Assembly (NCBI GenBank): GCA_017654855.1
Contig: JAFMPO010000001.1
Coordinates: forward strand, 248,001 to 312,000
Direction of reading: 5' to 3'
Origin: Podospora anserina
Lineage: Eukaryota
DNA: 64,000 nucleotides
Of the stretch, positions 50,701 through 61,910 are shown in pieces (within the stretch, counting starts at the first letter, position 1; every line of letters starts with the position of its first letter). A program made the position numbers and the translations under genes. The notes beneath the pieces are model-generated. The model had not been told where the DNA came from, ran no database searches, and saw only the letters and a program-made list of their open reading frames with translations.

Positions 50701-51604
50701 CCTGGAAGTTGGGCATTGGTCTGTTGATATCCACCATGTGCGCCCATTCGCGGCCTGCCTTTCTAGCGCTGGATGCTGCAAGTTTGCCATGGGGTTCCAG
50801 AGCTGGGAACTCCACTGGAAGAATGGAGTCGATATCCTCGAGATCCTCCTCTTCCTCGTTCTCGTCAGAAGCACCATTCGTTGGGGCTTTGTCGGCGTCC
50901 TCATCCTCTTGGTCAGGAGCTGCCTCGGGCTCCTGATCCAAGACCTCTTCGACTTCCTTCGCCTGTTTTTCCGCCTCTTCATCCGCAACCTTTCTCCTTT
51001 TCGTAAAGTCGATACCTCTGGAGACACCCGGAGCAACCTCAAGCAGACCACCGGATCCAAGCTTGATAACACGTTCTAGTTTCTTCCTGCTGTCAGCTTC
51101 CTCAATGGCAGCCGAAGCTCGCAGCTGATCCTCCAACGCAGCTGTTGACTCGATACCCTCCAAACCACCAGGAGCGAAAGGGAAGAACCCGGCGCCACCC
51201 CGGACAAATTCAGATCTGCTGGCGGGTTTCCTAGTCATGGACGTGCTGTTCTTCGCCGTGGCATGCGAGGCCGGAACGGTGACATTTCTGTAGCCTGTGA
51301 CCCGACCCTCAAGCCCATGACGCACGAAGCGGGTGACGGTGCGGGTTTGGCTGGGCGCAATGTTGAAGAGCAGGGAGTAGTCAATCGGGGTGTCCCATCG
51401 TTGCTGAAGCTTGTCGAGCCACTCGTCCGAGAATGTGGTCGATGGCGACAGGAAGTTCCGCTCGAGTTCGGCGCGCAGCTCATCAGGGTCTTGCTTCTTG
51501 GGCGGCTTAACTACCTTGTGGTCAAGGATGTCGTCAATTGCATCGAATGTGGAATTGTTGTCCAGGTGAAGCCGTTGTATGGCATCATGGAGATCGGTCT
51601 CCAT
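47747..51604 (-). CDS. SKI2: SKI2 DExH RNA helicase
   Basis: AHTSAGKT, TSPIKALSNQK, DEVH, SAT, QMAGRAGRRG, DSHCT tail; intronless; start METDL at 51604. Confidence 0.96.
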   Translation of the reverse strand: METDLHDAIQRLHLDNNSTFDAIDDILDHKVVKPPKKQDPDELRAELERNFLSPSTTFSDEWLDKLQQRWDTPIDYSLLFNIAPSQTRTVTRFVRHGLEGRVTGYRNVTVPASHATAKNSTSMTRKPASRSEFVRGGAGFFPFAPGGLEGIESTAALEDQLRASAAIEEADSRKKLERVIKLGSGGLLEVAPGVSRGIDFTKRRKVADEEAEKQAKEVEEVLDQEPEAAPDQEDEDADKAPTNGASDENEEEEDLEDIDSILPVEFPALEPHGKLAASSARKAGREWAHMVDINRPMPNFQELVPDPAREWPFELDNFQKEAVYHLENGDSVFVAAHTSAGKTVVAEYAIALAAKHMTKAIYTSPIKALSNQKFRDFRRTFDEVGILTGDVQINPEASCLIMTTEILRSMLYRGADIIRDVEFVIFDEVHYVNDFERGVVWEEVIIMLPEHVSLILLSATVPNTHEFASWVGRTKQKDIYVISTPKRPVPLEHYLWANKNIYKIVDSEKRFVEKGWKDANAAMQGKDKPPKAIEAAPARGGGNQRGGGRGGQQRGGNQQRGGGRGGGQQQRGRGGPPRASHNPGHMGRTGRPGGFTSAAQDKNLWVHLVQFLKKQTLLPACIFVFSKKRCEENADALSNQDFCTAQEKSAIHMTIEKSIARLKPEDRTLPQIVRLRELLSRGIAVHHGGLLPIVKELVEILFAQTLVKVLFATETFAMGLNLPTRTVVFSGYRKHDGHSFRNLLPGEYTQMAGRAGRRGLDTVGSVIIVPPGGDEAPPVTDLRQMILGEPSKLRSQFRLTYNMILNLLRVEALKIEEMIKRSFSEHATQQLLPEHEKAVKLSEADLAKVKRDSCQICDVHMDECHQAGEDFKQLTEELYRALLNIPIGRKMFTPGRLIVWMKEGVRTPGLLLAEGASTKSSATVPMLHVLEIRTNREIRNDTDLLPFVPSLRKYYTSLPQAKKHIGTKTLHIPLSDLVCLTKYVTKGILPDIFGSGEGYQKAKDKLHTICRTWASDHWDEMDLGRIKSLAIHDIINKRREAEVKLTKSAAPLCTFFLKHYAMCHDQWLIKTNIDQLRQALSNQNLQLLPDYEQRIQVLKDLRFIDEETRIQLKGKVACEIHSGDELVLTELILENVLADYEPAEIAALLSAFVFQEKTESIPKLTHNLEKGMKTIVELSEKVNAVQTLHQVIQTSEESNDFVSKPRFGLMEVVYEWAKGVSFKNITNLTDVLEGTIVRTISRLDETCREVKNAARIIGDPELYQKMTVAQELIRRDITAVASLYM

Positions 51605-51975
51605 TTCGGCGGTAATGGTAGTGTGATGGTCTCGTCCACTGCTTGCAAAAATCAAGTGATATTTTCGACCGAGTTCAAGGTGTGATGTTGTGCCCAAACA
51701 TGGACGACTCCAGCCTGGAAGACAGCAAGGTCGCAGCTTCATCGACTTGCCCCGCCAAATCATTTGTGGGGTAGCCTGACAAGGATGCACCTTTGTGACA
51801 GCTCGACAGGCACGCAGGGGTTAGGGTTGCATCATATCTTTAAAGGGGGCCCAGAAACATAGCGCCGTCTTCGTCTTCAAGGATACTGTTTGAATGGTGA
51901 CACAGTTGTTTAAACTAGTGTCTCTAAAATAAATGAACATTTGGCTCTTGCCGCATACGGAGTACCACTGGCCTT

Positions 51976-53310
51976 TTACCACAACCCATCCATCTCTGCC
52001 ATTGCCGCCTCATCATCGTCAAAGCTGGTGTCTTTTTTGGCCCCAGCCTCCTTCTGGGTTTCAGGAACAGGCTTAGAAGACGCTCCCTCTGCCTCTGCTT
52101 CTGCCATCAGAGCGTCAAGATCGTCCTCCTCATCATTAACCTTCGTAGGCTCCGTAGACTTGGGCGCGCTCGGTGCCTTCGTAGGTGGCTGGGCCTCAAC
52201 CTCGGCCATAAGCGCATCCAAATCGTCATCATCAAAGTCATCCACTTCTTTCCTTTGCGGGGCAGATGGTTTGGAATTGCCATCGCCAAGTATGCTCTTG
52301 GTTGACTGGTTCGGTCTAGTGGACAATGTTTCCGCTTCTGCCTCGGCCATCAGAGCGTCCAGATCGTCATCCTCTGGTATGTTATTCGCCTGTGGTTTTG
52401 GTGGTGCCGCTGCCGTGCTGTTACTTGTCCCATTCCCAAATATGCTCTCCGACCCGTTCCCAAATATGCTTCTTGGTGGCTGCCCAGAGTTAGCCTCTGC
52501 CTCTGCCATCAGCGCATCCAAATCATCATCGTCCGGAACGCCTTCACCCCTAGCCCCCTTGGTCGCAGCTCTTGGCGTGGCATTGTAGATGTCATCGTCT
52601 CCAAACAAATCATCCCCATCGGGTGTCTTCGGTCGTTCCTTGGCCTTATCGAACACAGGCGCAATCCTTCCTGTATCTTTTGGTGTCTTATCATGTTCGT
52701 AAATCGGAAACGGGTCTACGTCGTTCGGACCCTCCTCTCCCTCGCCTCTGGGTTTCAACTCATCAATCCATTTCATCCTGGCGTTCCGCAACGAGGTCTT
52801 GTGTCCAGCCTTTTCCACCATTGCCAATGCGTCAAGGAAGCTGGCTTTGGGAAAGAGTTCGTCAAGCCATTCCTGGTAGAACGATAACATTCGGGCAGCG
52901 TCGGAAAATTCGTGGCCTTTGCCTTTGAGCTTTAGTCTGGATTGGGCGTTTTTTCGGAGCCATGGGATGCCTTTGTCTGATAGTAGTCTAGTCATGATAT
53001 TAGCATACATACCAGATCAGGCGGGGGCTAGGCGAAGTGTATACCGGGCATCGTCAAGCTTGACTCTGGGAACACGAGCTTTCTTCTTGTCGACTTCTGT
53101 TTCTAACCCGAGAACATCGGTCCCTTTTCTCTTTTTACTACTGGCGTCGGTCTTCTTGTCATCGGTCTTCTTGGATTTGTCGCCTTTCGGGGAACCGAAC
53201 GGGTCTTCCTCGTCAAAGTCGCTCCATCCTTCTAGAAAACTATCGACAAAAGCACCGCTGTCCTTTTTGTTGCCATTGGTGACTTTGCTTGGACCTGCTG
53301 CGGCGGGCAT
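51976..53310 (-). CDS. CSM3: Replication fork protection subunit Csm3/Swi3 (Tipin)
   Basis: [54 protein letters not shown]; intron 53044-52988. Confidence 0.93.
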
Positions 53311-53398
53311 TGTGAGAATACTTCGTGGTCGACTATCGCAACTTTTGTTGCTTCAACTGGTGTTGTTGGGTTTGGGGGTAGACAAGACCATTTAAAAG

Positions 53399-53435
53399 AG
53401 ACGCGACTTTGAGATGGTTGGCGCGTCGCGCGTCA
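53399..53435. promoter_or_regulatory. MCB-like (ACGCG) cluster in the divergent CSM3/NUXM promoter
   Basis: GACGCGA at 53400 and CGCGTCGCGCGTC at 53422, about 100 bp upstream of CSM3. Confidence 0.55.
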
Positions 53436-53671
53436 AGCTGTGTAAGTGGTTGTGGCTTGCCCCGCAGCGCACAAGCCACATTGAATTCCCGCCAAGACTT
53501 GTTGACATGATATTTGCCTCAGGCATCAATCCACTGCTGGAGCTTCAACGGCCTGGGTCCAGCAAGCTTCAAGGAACGAGCCAATCCAGACGACCTCAAT
53601 TCGCTTGCCTGCGCCCGCCCTGCTCGACGACGACGACGACGGAAATCGCCGGCCAGGCCCAGTCAGTCAAA

Positions 53672-54519
53672 ATGTCGACCACTCCCGGAAACACGTATAC
53701 CATCAGCAAGCAGATCAAGACTGAGTACCCAGTGAGTTTTGCGGTGCCGTGAAACCCAATTGAAGGGGACCAAGCTAACTGGGGTTTGCACACAGCTCAT
53801 CGATAATGATCCGTATGGTCCCCCCCTTACTAGATGTCAAAGTTCTCGAGCACGGAGATGGACAGGAATTAACATCGATTGGTAACAATCCAGGCACTTC
53901 AAGCGTGTAATTCGGTACGCCCGGCCGTCCGATTACGTCCACGGCATCGTCGCTGCCGCCGCCGGCCCCAGTCTTCTCTACGCCATGGAGAGATTTGCTC
54001 CCTCATATGTCGGAAAGGGTGGTGTCGCCCAGACCATGCGGTTGGGTGGTGCCATGGGGTTGTGTGGTGGTTTCATCTACTTCTACCAGCGGTCTATTCG
54101 TACGTCATCGCTCCATCACAGCATATCGAGGCAACAGTCGGGCTTCGGGCCGGGTTTAGAAGAATTCGGATAATGTGGGAGGGTGCAGGCGGTACTAGAG
54201 ACAGGAACTGACGGCTCTGATAGTGCGCTTCTACGGTATGAGCGAAAACGCCCGGGAAGTCCAGATGGACATGCGCGAGATGGTCGACAAGGTCAAGCGC
54301 GGCGAGCCTATCTACGGCGAAAGTCAGCTTACTCCCGCCATGCAGGGTGTTGCCGCCCGCCAGTCTAGATATTCCGCTCTCTTCATGGCTGTGCTCCCCT
54401 GGTTCAACTTTGTCAACCACAGCCAGCACGGTGTTGACACCGCCAAGTATTACAGACAAGCCGAGAGGGAGCTGGAGGCTGAGCGTCTTGCGCGGGAGGG
54501 TGGGAACCCTAGCCAGTAA
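53672..54519 (+). CDS. NADH:ubiquinone oxidoreductase 20.9/21 kDa subunit (NUXM)
   Basis: TEYP/LIDNDP/HFKRVIRYARPSDY, RFYGMSENARE, QSRYSALF, PWFNFVNHSQHGVDTAKYY; includes a 17-nt microexon. Confidence 0.92.
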
Positions 54520-55003
54520 AAGGAAAAGGAACGAAAAGAACGATTGCATGTGCGGGGAGGGGTGCTGGACTGCGGGTGCCAGGTTGTATATACCAATGCT
54601 AGAAGGCTGGCCAACAGACATTTTTTTTGATGAACACATTGCTAAGTATCTATCTTGGGTTGATGTGCTCACCGGCTTCCAGCTCTTACACCGAATATTA
54701 GCGCTCAAACGACGTTGGATTGGATGTTTCTATGGGCTTGAGGGGTAGAGTTAGATCAATGCGTGTATACTTTAGCCCTACTACGCAACACGGCAGCGGG
54801 TATCTCATGTACGTTTGAATGGTTTACTTGGAGTTAAAGATGATTTTGACGTAGCTGACAATGGTCATACCCAGATAGTTACTCATATATACGAATGCTA
54901 TGCATACAAATCTCGCACTCACCACCACGCCACCCGTGCCCACCACCTTGATTCAACTATCCTCAATCTACCCTCCGGACCTCCCAATCAAGCCACCAGT
55001 ATT

Positions 55004-56154
55004 TTAAGCGCACTGCGAGTAGTAAGGAGGCGAAACAGCCTTGCAAGATCCGCTCTGTCGAAGGGTCAGCATTGATGCCACTTTGGAAAAAGGGTTCACT
55101 CATAACAACTTACAGCGCAGTTCGTGCATCCAGTATACCCGTTACCGCCACACTGCCCATACATGGCAACACTGCAACCGGAGTTGCCGCCGCCAGCATC
55201 ACTACCACCGCCAGCAGCAGGAGAAGAACCACCGCCTCCTGGAGCAATCGCGGAAGGAGAAGAGCCAACCTTGCAGGTTGACGCACACCCAGTGCAAGCC
55301 CCACCAGGAGTTCTAGTCTCACCACCAGAATAAACCGCCGGTCCAGGGGCGGTGTAAGAAGTAAGCGCAGCGTGGATGTTCACCTGCCCTTCACTGGCAC
55401 CATAGGCACCGGGGAGCCTCACCGTCGCGGGGCTAGCGTTGCCACCACCGGAGACGGTGATCTGGTAGCAGGTCATGTAAAACTGACCGCCACCGCTTGG
55501 ACCAGCAGCGTGGAGAGCTAGCGACTCGGCACGGAGGAGGTAGTCGCCCGAGGGGATGTCAGCGGGGATCTTGACGTCCATCTTGCCGCAGCAGGCGTTG
55601 AGATCCTTGCTGCCCCAGTTGTCATCGTCACCAACGCGGCCGCCAGCCTTTTTGGACCACGAGTTGGAAAGGATCTTGAACCAGCCGGTGGAGGTGCCGT
55701 CGGCGGTGGAGGCGTCTGGGACCTTGGAGAGGTAGACCTGGACGGGGCCGTAGTGGGCGCCGCCGATGGCTTCTTGAGAGCAGGACCGGTCACCAGTTTG
55801 CTGTGGGTAGGGTTTCAGTGACGGTGCGGAAGGAAACCATGGGGTAGAGGCATACCTGGTGCATCTCGACAGTCACGGTGCCGCCGGCGCGAACAGGGCA
55901 CTTGCCAGCGACGCCACGAGTACCGGCATTGCACACAAAGTCACGGCCTCCGACGTTGGTGACGGGCGAGTTGGAAGGGGGGAGACGAGCGCAGGAGGAG
56001 CCGTGCTGAAAAGGTCAGTCACAGGTCCAGGTCAACACCAGGAGAGAAGACTTATATAATCGGTACCGTCAACCCAGAGTTGCTGGAAGGTGGCATGGGC
56101 AGCAATCTCTTTGGCGGCCAGTGCCGTCAAGGCAGCAAAGAATGTCGACTTCAT
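55004..56154 (-). CDS. AA9 LPMO with CBM1
   Basis: Signal peptide then HATFQQLW, AHYGP, YLLRAESLALH, QFYMTCYQ; CBM1 YGQCGGNGYTGCTNC..YYSQC. Confidence 0.94.
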
Positions 56155-57503
56155 TTTGAACTGAAACCCGGATGGAGTCAAGATGGAAGAATGGAAGCAA
56201 GCCACTGACGAAGCAACGGGCAGAGAGAGGGGGAGGGGAGGACAACCGCTTTTTTTTCGGTGATATATACCTCTCACTGTTTGGCTGCTTCCACTCTACC
56301 CCAGATGTAGGGGGTGGCTGGCCAGGTTCTCACTCGCGCCCACTCGTCATACTCGACCGTTGGGCTGTCAAAGCTATGCATGCATACGGGGGCGTTCCAA
56401 CCGAGCTCACTTACCGGCCCTCGATTCCTTGACTTGTCAAATCTCACCCTGTCCAAGCCAGGACAGGAGGCTCAATCAGGAGTATACTACCGTGATCACT
56501 CTTTGGTCGAGTGGCTGCATTTGCCGAAGGCAACATGTCTGCACCCCAGCCGGGGTCCCCAGACTGGTGTGGGTTGGTGTGTGGTGGAACACGCTCTATC
56601 CGCTCGAGAAATCTGGGGTATAGTGTTCCACGGCATGATTGAGGTTTAATATGGACCGAACGGGCACGCGGACGAGCAGCGACAAATGAGGTTTGTGAGC
56701 GCATATTGGAGAGGTGCTGCGGGATCAATATCAACAGAGTATTTACCCGGGCCTTCTCACGGCAGCGCTGGGCCCGCAGCACCCGGCTTTCCGCAATTGG
56801 TGCGGACACAACAGACAGAAGTGGACTGGATGATCCGTTCCGGTTATTTTGGTTGGGTTGTTTATTGAGGGTGGTGAATCTGCTGTAGAGCGGCTACGAT
56901 GCCAACCAAGTCGGTGCATGGTATCTAACTGGTGAGAGAGTCGCACATCAAAAATCAGGAACAACCCCTCGGACGGTTTTCATCCTCTGTGATAGTCAAA
57001 GCCCGCACCTACACGGGTCTCAAGCAGGGGCATTTCAAGATCTGAATTGTCTGTATAGCAACCATTGTGACCGGGTTTTCATCATGCTGCGATTCGTTTC
57101 GGGGGTCAGCCTGCATCGGCCTTATCCCGGAACTTACTGCCACACAAATGAATCTTCCATGGGCTCCTAATCTCTCACCACTTTCCCGACTGGCATGACT
57201 TGTCTGAATTCCTGATGATGGTCAAACACAGCCCTTGGCAGAAGCGGGTGGCCTTCTAAGACCTCGCTGAAGGATCTCAGGCAATCTAAGAAAATACATG
57301 GGAATGGTGGGATTATATGGCCTGGAGTACAGCACGGCTCGTCATTCAAATCCCGAGAGCTCTTTACGTCATAGGACTGCTACGGTCTGACTTATTTGTG
57401 TGTAAAGGCTTGGTGAGCCGTGGCATCTGGTAACATCCTGCGAAAATCATTCAATCTAGTGAGTCGGAAGTTTCGATCTTGACATGAGCAACACGCCCGT
57501 CTA

Positions 57504-58278
57504 TCAAACTGCGTCTCCAGATGCCCAAGCTCTCAACTCCACATCCATCTCCTTGCTATAATCTCCAAACCTTGCCCACAGACCATGAATCCAATCGTTG
57601 TACCTCTTTGGCCAGCTTCGCCCTTCAAACATGGCCTTTGTATACTCCCAATATTCACGGATTGAATCCTTCCATTTCCCAATCAATTATCCCAGTGACC
57701 ATCCACCCTCTGGTCCCGTCAGGCCGTTTGAACTGATCCACTAGAATGTTTCTCGGGTTCAGATCTGCGTTCGTGAACACAATTTCATGACCTTGTCGAC
57801 CTGGGTCGTCAGAGCACCTCATGAGCTTGCTGAAGTCTGCTTCGTCACGAAACGGCCCCAACGGTTTCCCACCACGAAGTCGCATGTCAGCAATGGAACC
57901 CCCGAGGGTGTTTCATATGGCCATGGTCTCGCTGGCGGTAGTCGGGATCCCGCAAATTTATGACATGTAATTTTCAAGTTGCCCGATAATCTGCCTCGCG
58001 TCCCTGTTGGATGACGCATTGAGGGATTGAACAAGTTGAAAGCCCGGAAGCCCCGTCATGAGAATGAATGCAACTTGGCGGCCGCCCGGTCGATAGACGA
58101 TATCGAGTGGACGCGGGACTGGCACATCAGTGTGCTGTTGAACCAATCTGAGAGCCTCTGCCTCATTTCGAATACGGTCTAGCTCATCGACCAAGTTTGA
58201 CTCTTTAAGATAAAGGCCAAAAGGTAAGCGGGTGACACTGGCTGATTGTATGGGGTAAATGCCAAATCGAAGTAACAT
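57504..58278 (-). pseudogene. APH/choline-kinase-like phosphotransferase pseudogene
   Basis: RLPFGLYLK, NEAEAL, VPVPRPLD, GPF, FTNADLNPRNILV, IIDWE and YWEYTKA spread over several ORFs, with a TAA at 57958 and frameshifts. Confidence 0.85.
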
Positions 58279-59403
58279 TTATGTTTATTCAGGGTGCCTG
58301 AATTTGTGGGCTGAGAATCACGGGAATTGCAGCCATATTGGCTACCTTGTGTTGAAAATAACGCTTGGAACTAAATTCCTTTGTATCTTGGATACTCCCG
58401 AGTCGTCTCTGGGCTTGATACGTACTGGTAACAAAAAATTAACAAAGGAATTACGAACGAGAGATCTACGGCTTTGAGTTTGTCGAGGCTACACATGAAC
58501 ACATTTGAAACTACCAGCATCAATCTCTTCCCTGGGAAGATTTCTCACATCTATGAGGAGTGTTGACTAGAACTAGCTTGTGTCAAAACGACTCATCATA
58601 CCTTGTGCCTATTGTCTGCACAATGCTAGGTAGCAGTCCTCTTAACAAAGCAAAAGTGCTACAGACTGGGTCAACATAACGTCAAGATGTGACTCATTAC
58701 AATATCCACAGTTGAGAAGCTGCATGGCGCAAGAGAAGCGCGCCAGGCTCATAACCCGGAGGTCACTTGATCGAAACAAGTTGCAGCTAAACTTCTTCAT
58801 TCCCCCCCCCCTCCCCCCCTTTATTTTGGGGTTCATCCCATTCTTTGTTTTAAGCTTCATGTCCTTGAAGTCAAGCGTATGTTTTGTCTCATCAAGCCCT
58901 GGTATACCTCTCGGTAGGAATGCTTAAGCAGAAAGAATCATCACCAACAGCCAGAGAGTATAACAAGTCATGAGGAGGATTTCCCGAATAAGGTCCTAAA
59001 CCAACTTCGGTCCTGCAACAGGTTTCCGTGGAACGTACAATGCAGCAACGGACCTCTGCTATCCAAGGATGCCACTCGTGGTGATGACTTTCTCGTCGGC
59101 GGATACACCACAGGCAAACAACAGCTAACCGCTATCAATCATCGTGTGACTATGGGTAGAGATCAAGAAGACGACCCCACGTTCTCGCCGTCTGATGGAG
59201 CTGCCCACCTCAAACTCAACCAGGTAATATATGCTACCGACGTGCAGAAGATGAGAAGAGAGCTGCAATTCACAACGATCGGACCCCAAGATCTGATATG
59301 TTTCGTCGACAACTTCGACATGCAAATGTTGACTCGAGAGTGTGAGGCCATTGCGTCTGCACAAGGCTCCAGAGATAGTCACTAGACAGGAAAACATACC
59401 CAC

Positions 59404-59575
59404 AAGGCGTTCAAAGATGGTCATCAGGCGTTAAAGGATTGTGGTTAGGCGCGCAAGGACAGTCGATAGGCCTAGAAATATAGTTGATAGGCATTCAAAT
59501 GTGCTTGATAGGCCTTCAATAACGGCCAAGGGGTTCCAACTGATAGTCGACAGACATTCAAAAATTGCTGATACA
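59404..59575 (-). repeat. 21-bp minisatellite array F (reverse orientation)
   Basis: aaggacagtcgataggcctag/aaatatagttgataggcattc/aaatgtgcttgataggccttc. Confidence 0.8.
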
Positions 59576-59693
59576 CGGTGTCTGTGGATATTAATGCCAA
59601 TAATCCACAGCAATACAGCCACATTCCATCCTGCCTCCCCGGGCCAGAAGATGATCCCCGTATATAGTACCTGCTCAACCCTCGACAGCCTTC

Positions 59694-61910
59694 TCAAAAA
59701 GCCAACTTGCTCACCACCCTCGCCTTCTCCCACCCTTCCTCCGTCCGAAACACATCCACCACCCTCTCCTGCCAAAACTCCTCCGCTGCCTCCCTCGCCG
59801 TCAACCCATTATACACATCCAACACCTCCCTATCCGCCCCCTCCCTGAGCAGCATCAGCACCGTCTCTGCGTGTCCATGCCTGGCAGCAATCCACAGCGC
59901 CGTCTGCCCATAGTGTCCCGAAGAATTAATATCCATCCCAAACCCAATCAGCTGCTGCGCCACGCTCGTGTGCCCGTTCCTCGCCGCGATCCAGAGCGCA
60001 CTAGTCTGGTTCTCGGAGTCCCTCTCCTGCTGCAAGACCTCGTGCACAACCCCCTTTTGCTGGAAATACATCGTCAGCGCCTTGACGGCGTTGCCGTGCC
60101 CCATCGATGCTGCCTTCCATAGCACGGTTCTATTCTCGCTTGATGCCCCGGGCCCGTAGTCGGCCTTTTCATCGAGAAGCATCCTCACGCAGTAGGGGTG
60201 ATTGGCAACGGCCGCCATCCAGAGCGGTGTCCGTCCTGACGAGTCCTTTGCGTCGATTTTGGCGCCGCGGGAGACGAGGGTTTTGGCGATGGGTTGGTGT
60301 CCCTGGTTGCAGGCTACCCACAGGGCGGTAGAAGCGTTTTCGTTGCAGGGAGTCTCCAGTTCGGCGCCCCGGTCGAGGAGCTTGTTCACATAGGTGGATT
60401 TGTTGTCTTCGCAGGCTATGTACAGGGGGGTAAAGGGGATGCCGTTGAGGCCGGAGGGGAGGTTGATGTCGATGTCGGGCCGGGCGAGGAGCATGTCGAC
60501 GATGAGATGGTGTCCGTACATGAGGGCGGAGCCGAGGGGGGTTTGCCCTCCGCGGCCTTTGTGGTTGACGTTGACGTCGTTGCAGTTGAGGAGGAGTTTG
60601 GCCATTTCGAGGTGGCCCTGGAGGGCGATGATGTTGAGCGCCGTGTCACCGTTGCAATCCTTCACGTTGGTGTTGCAGTGAGGAAGGACGAGGAGGCAAG
60701 AGAAGAGGGACTCGTAGCCTGGTTTGTCGGCTAGGAAGACCAACGGTGGTCCTCGAGAGGTGTGCCAGGCGTTGACGTGGAAGCTTGGCCTGGCGACGAC
60801 TGCTGCCGCCGCTGCTTGGTTTCCTTGTCTGATTGCCCATTGAAAGGCTTGACTGGGGATCTGGTCCAGTTGATTTAGTAGATGCTTCAAGTCCCACTTC
60901 GTAGACGGCTCAGGGCCTGGGATGCTCGGTATTTGTCGATATTTCAGATACAAAATCGTGTTTTCAATCACTTGGTGCAGGGACATGTTGTAGTCTGGCT
61001 GCAGTATCCCATCAGCATTTGCATCCGACGCTATCCCGATCAGCGCATAAATATTATCGCGTGGATCGGTGGCCTTGCTTGCACCGAACCGCCCCAGGAG
61101 TGAACACAGATCCGGTGCGTCTTTCCACCATGACTTTTGCCGCAAGTATCCGGGCATGATATCCAAGACAGCTTGGGTGTGCGCGTCAACTTCTAACCCC
61201 ATTAGCTTGGGCATGAGAACAAACACCCGTGTCGGAATGGTGTTGAGACCACAGCTGATAACAGCGCTCCTGGCGCTGAAAACCTCTTGGAGGATCCATA
61301 CCCTCTTGAACCATGGCCGGCTTAACATATCTTTCAAGGCGTTGACCCGGCATGTTTTGATGCTGGTCTCGCCCGTCCCGTCTCTCTTCACGAATATTGA
61401 CCACTCCTTAACCCAAGCATCTGGCGAATTCCTTCGATAGTTCTTCCTTTTAGTTGCTCGCTTGTCCAGCTGACTCATCAAAGCCATGAGAAGATCGATG
61501 TCGTCCGTACCTGGCCCAAGCCATATGTGCACATTCTGGGCGTTGGAATAAACCAGCCTCATTTGCTTCACCTGGTGGTTCTTTTCTCGATGGCTCCTTT
61601 GGTCGATACACAGGGCGTCAACCCATAGGATTCGATCCTCGTCTGGCTGCCTCAGACAACTCAAGGCCAAGTAGAGATTTTCTGTCACCGCAGCCTTCTT
61701 CCCGCATAGTTCAATTTCCTTTGATATTGGCGCATCACCCCACGCATAGGAGAGAGACTCGTAAGGGACACCATCAACCTGGTGGAGAAAGGTCTCAAAC
61801 AGTTCACATCGAACCGGTTCGTCCACGCGGCCTCTGAGAAGACGTATGAGACGGATTGCATCGGTATTGAGGTCGATAGGTGTGTATGTGTAGTGAGAAT
61901 CAGGCGACAT
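59694..61910 (-). CDS. HET domain-ankyrin repeat protein
   Basis: YESLSYAWG, LWVDALCIDQ, QVKQMRLVYSNA, WFKRVWILQEV, DPRDNIYAL; about 8-9 ankyrin repeats (TALWIAA..GH). Confidence 0.93.
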   Translation of the reverse strand: MSPDSHYTYTPIDLNTDAIRLIRLLRGRVDEPVRCELFETFLHQVDGVPYESLSYAWGDAPISKEIELCGKKAAVTENLYLALSCLRQPDEDRILWVDALCIDQRSHREKNHQVKQMRLVYSNAQNVHIWLGPGTDDIDLLMALMSQLDKRATKRKNYRRNSPDAWVKEWSIFVKRDGTGETSIKTCRVNALKDMLSRPWFKRVWILQEVFSARSAVISCGLNTIPTRVFVLMPKLMGLEVDAHTQAVLDIMPGYLRQKSWWKDAPDLCSLLGRFGASKATDPRDNIYALIGIASDANADGILQPDYNMSLHQVIENTILYLKYRQIPSIPGPEPSTKWDLKHLLNQLDQIPSQAFQWAIRQGNQAAAAAVVARPSFHVNAWHTSRGPPLVFLADKPGYESLFSCLLVLPHCNTNVKDCNGDTALNIIALQGHLEMAKLLLNCNDVNVNHKGRGGQTPLGSALMYGHHLIVDMLLARPDIDINLPSGLNGIPFTPLYIACEDNKSTYVNKLLDRGAELETPCNENASTALWVACNQGHQPIAKTLVSRGAKIDAKDSSGRTPLWMAAVANHPYCVRMLLDEKADYGPGASSENRTVLWKAASMGHGNAVKALTMYFQQKGVVHEVLQQERDSENQTSALWIAARNGHTSVAQQLIGFGMDINSSGHYGQTALWIAARHGHAETVLMLLREGADREVLDVYNGLTAREAAEEFWQERVVDVFRTEEGWEKARVVSKLAF

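Noticed and set aside
48107-51685. Long antisense ORFs over SKI2 and other genes
   Set aside because: Shadow ORFs from GC-rich codon bias.
51605-51790. N-terminal extension of the SKI2 ORF
   Set aside because: It begins at a non-ATG codon; the ATG at 51604 is the plausible start.
22360-59575. 21-bp arrays as CRISPR
   Set aside because: Eukaryotic context; tandem degenerate units with no unique spacers and no cas genes.
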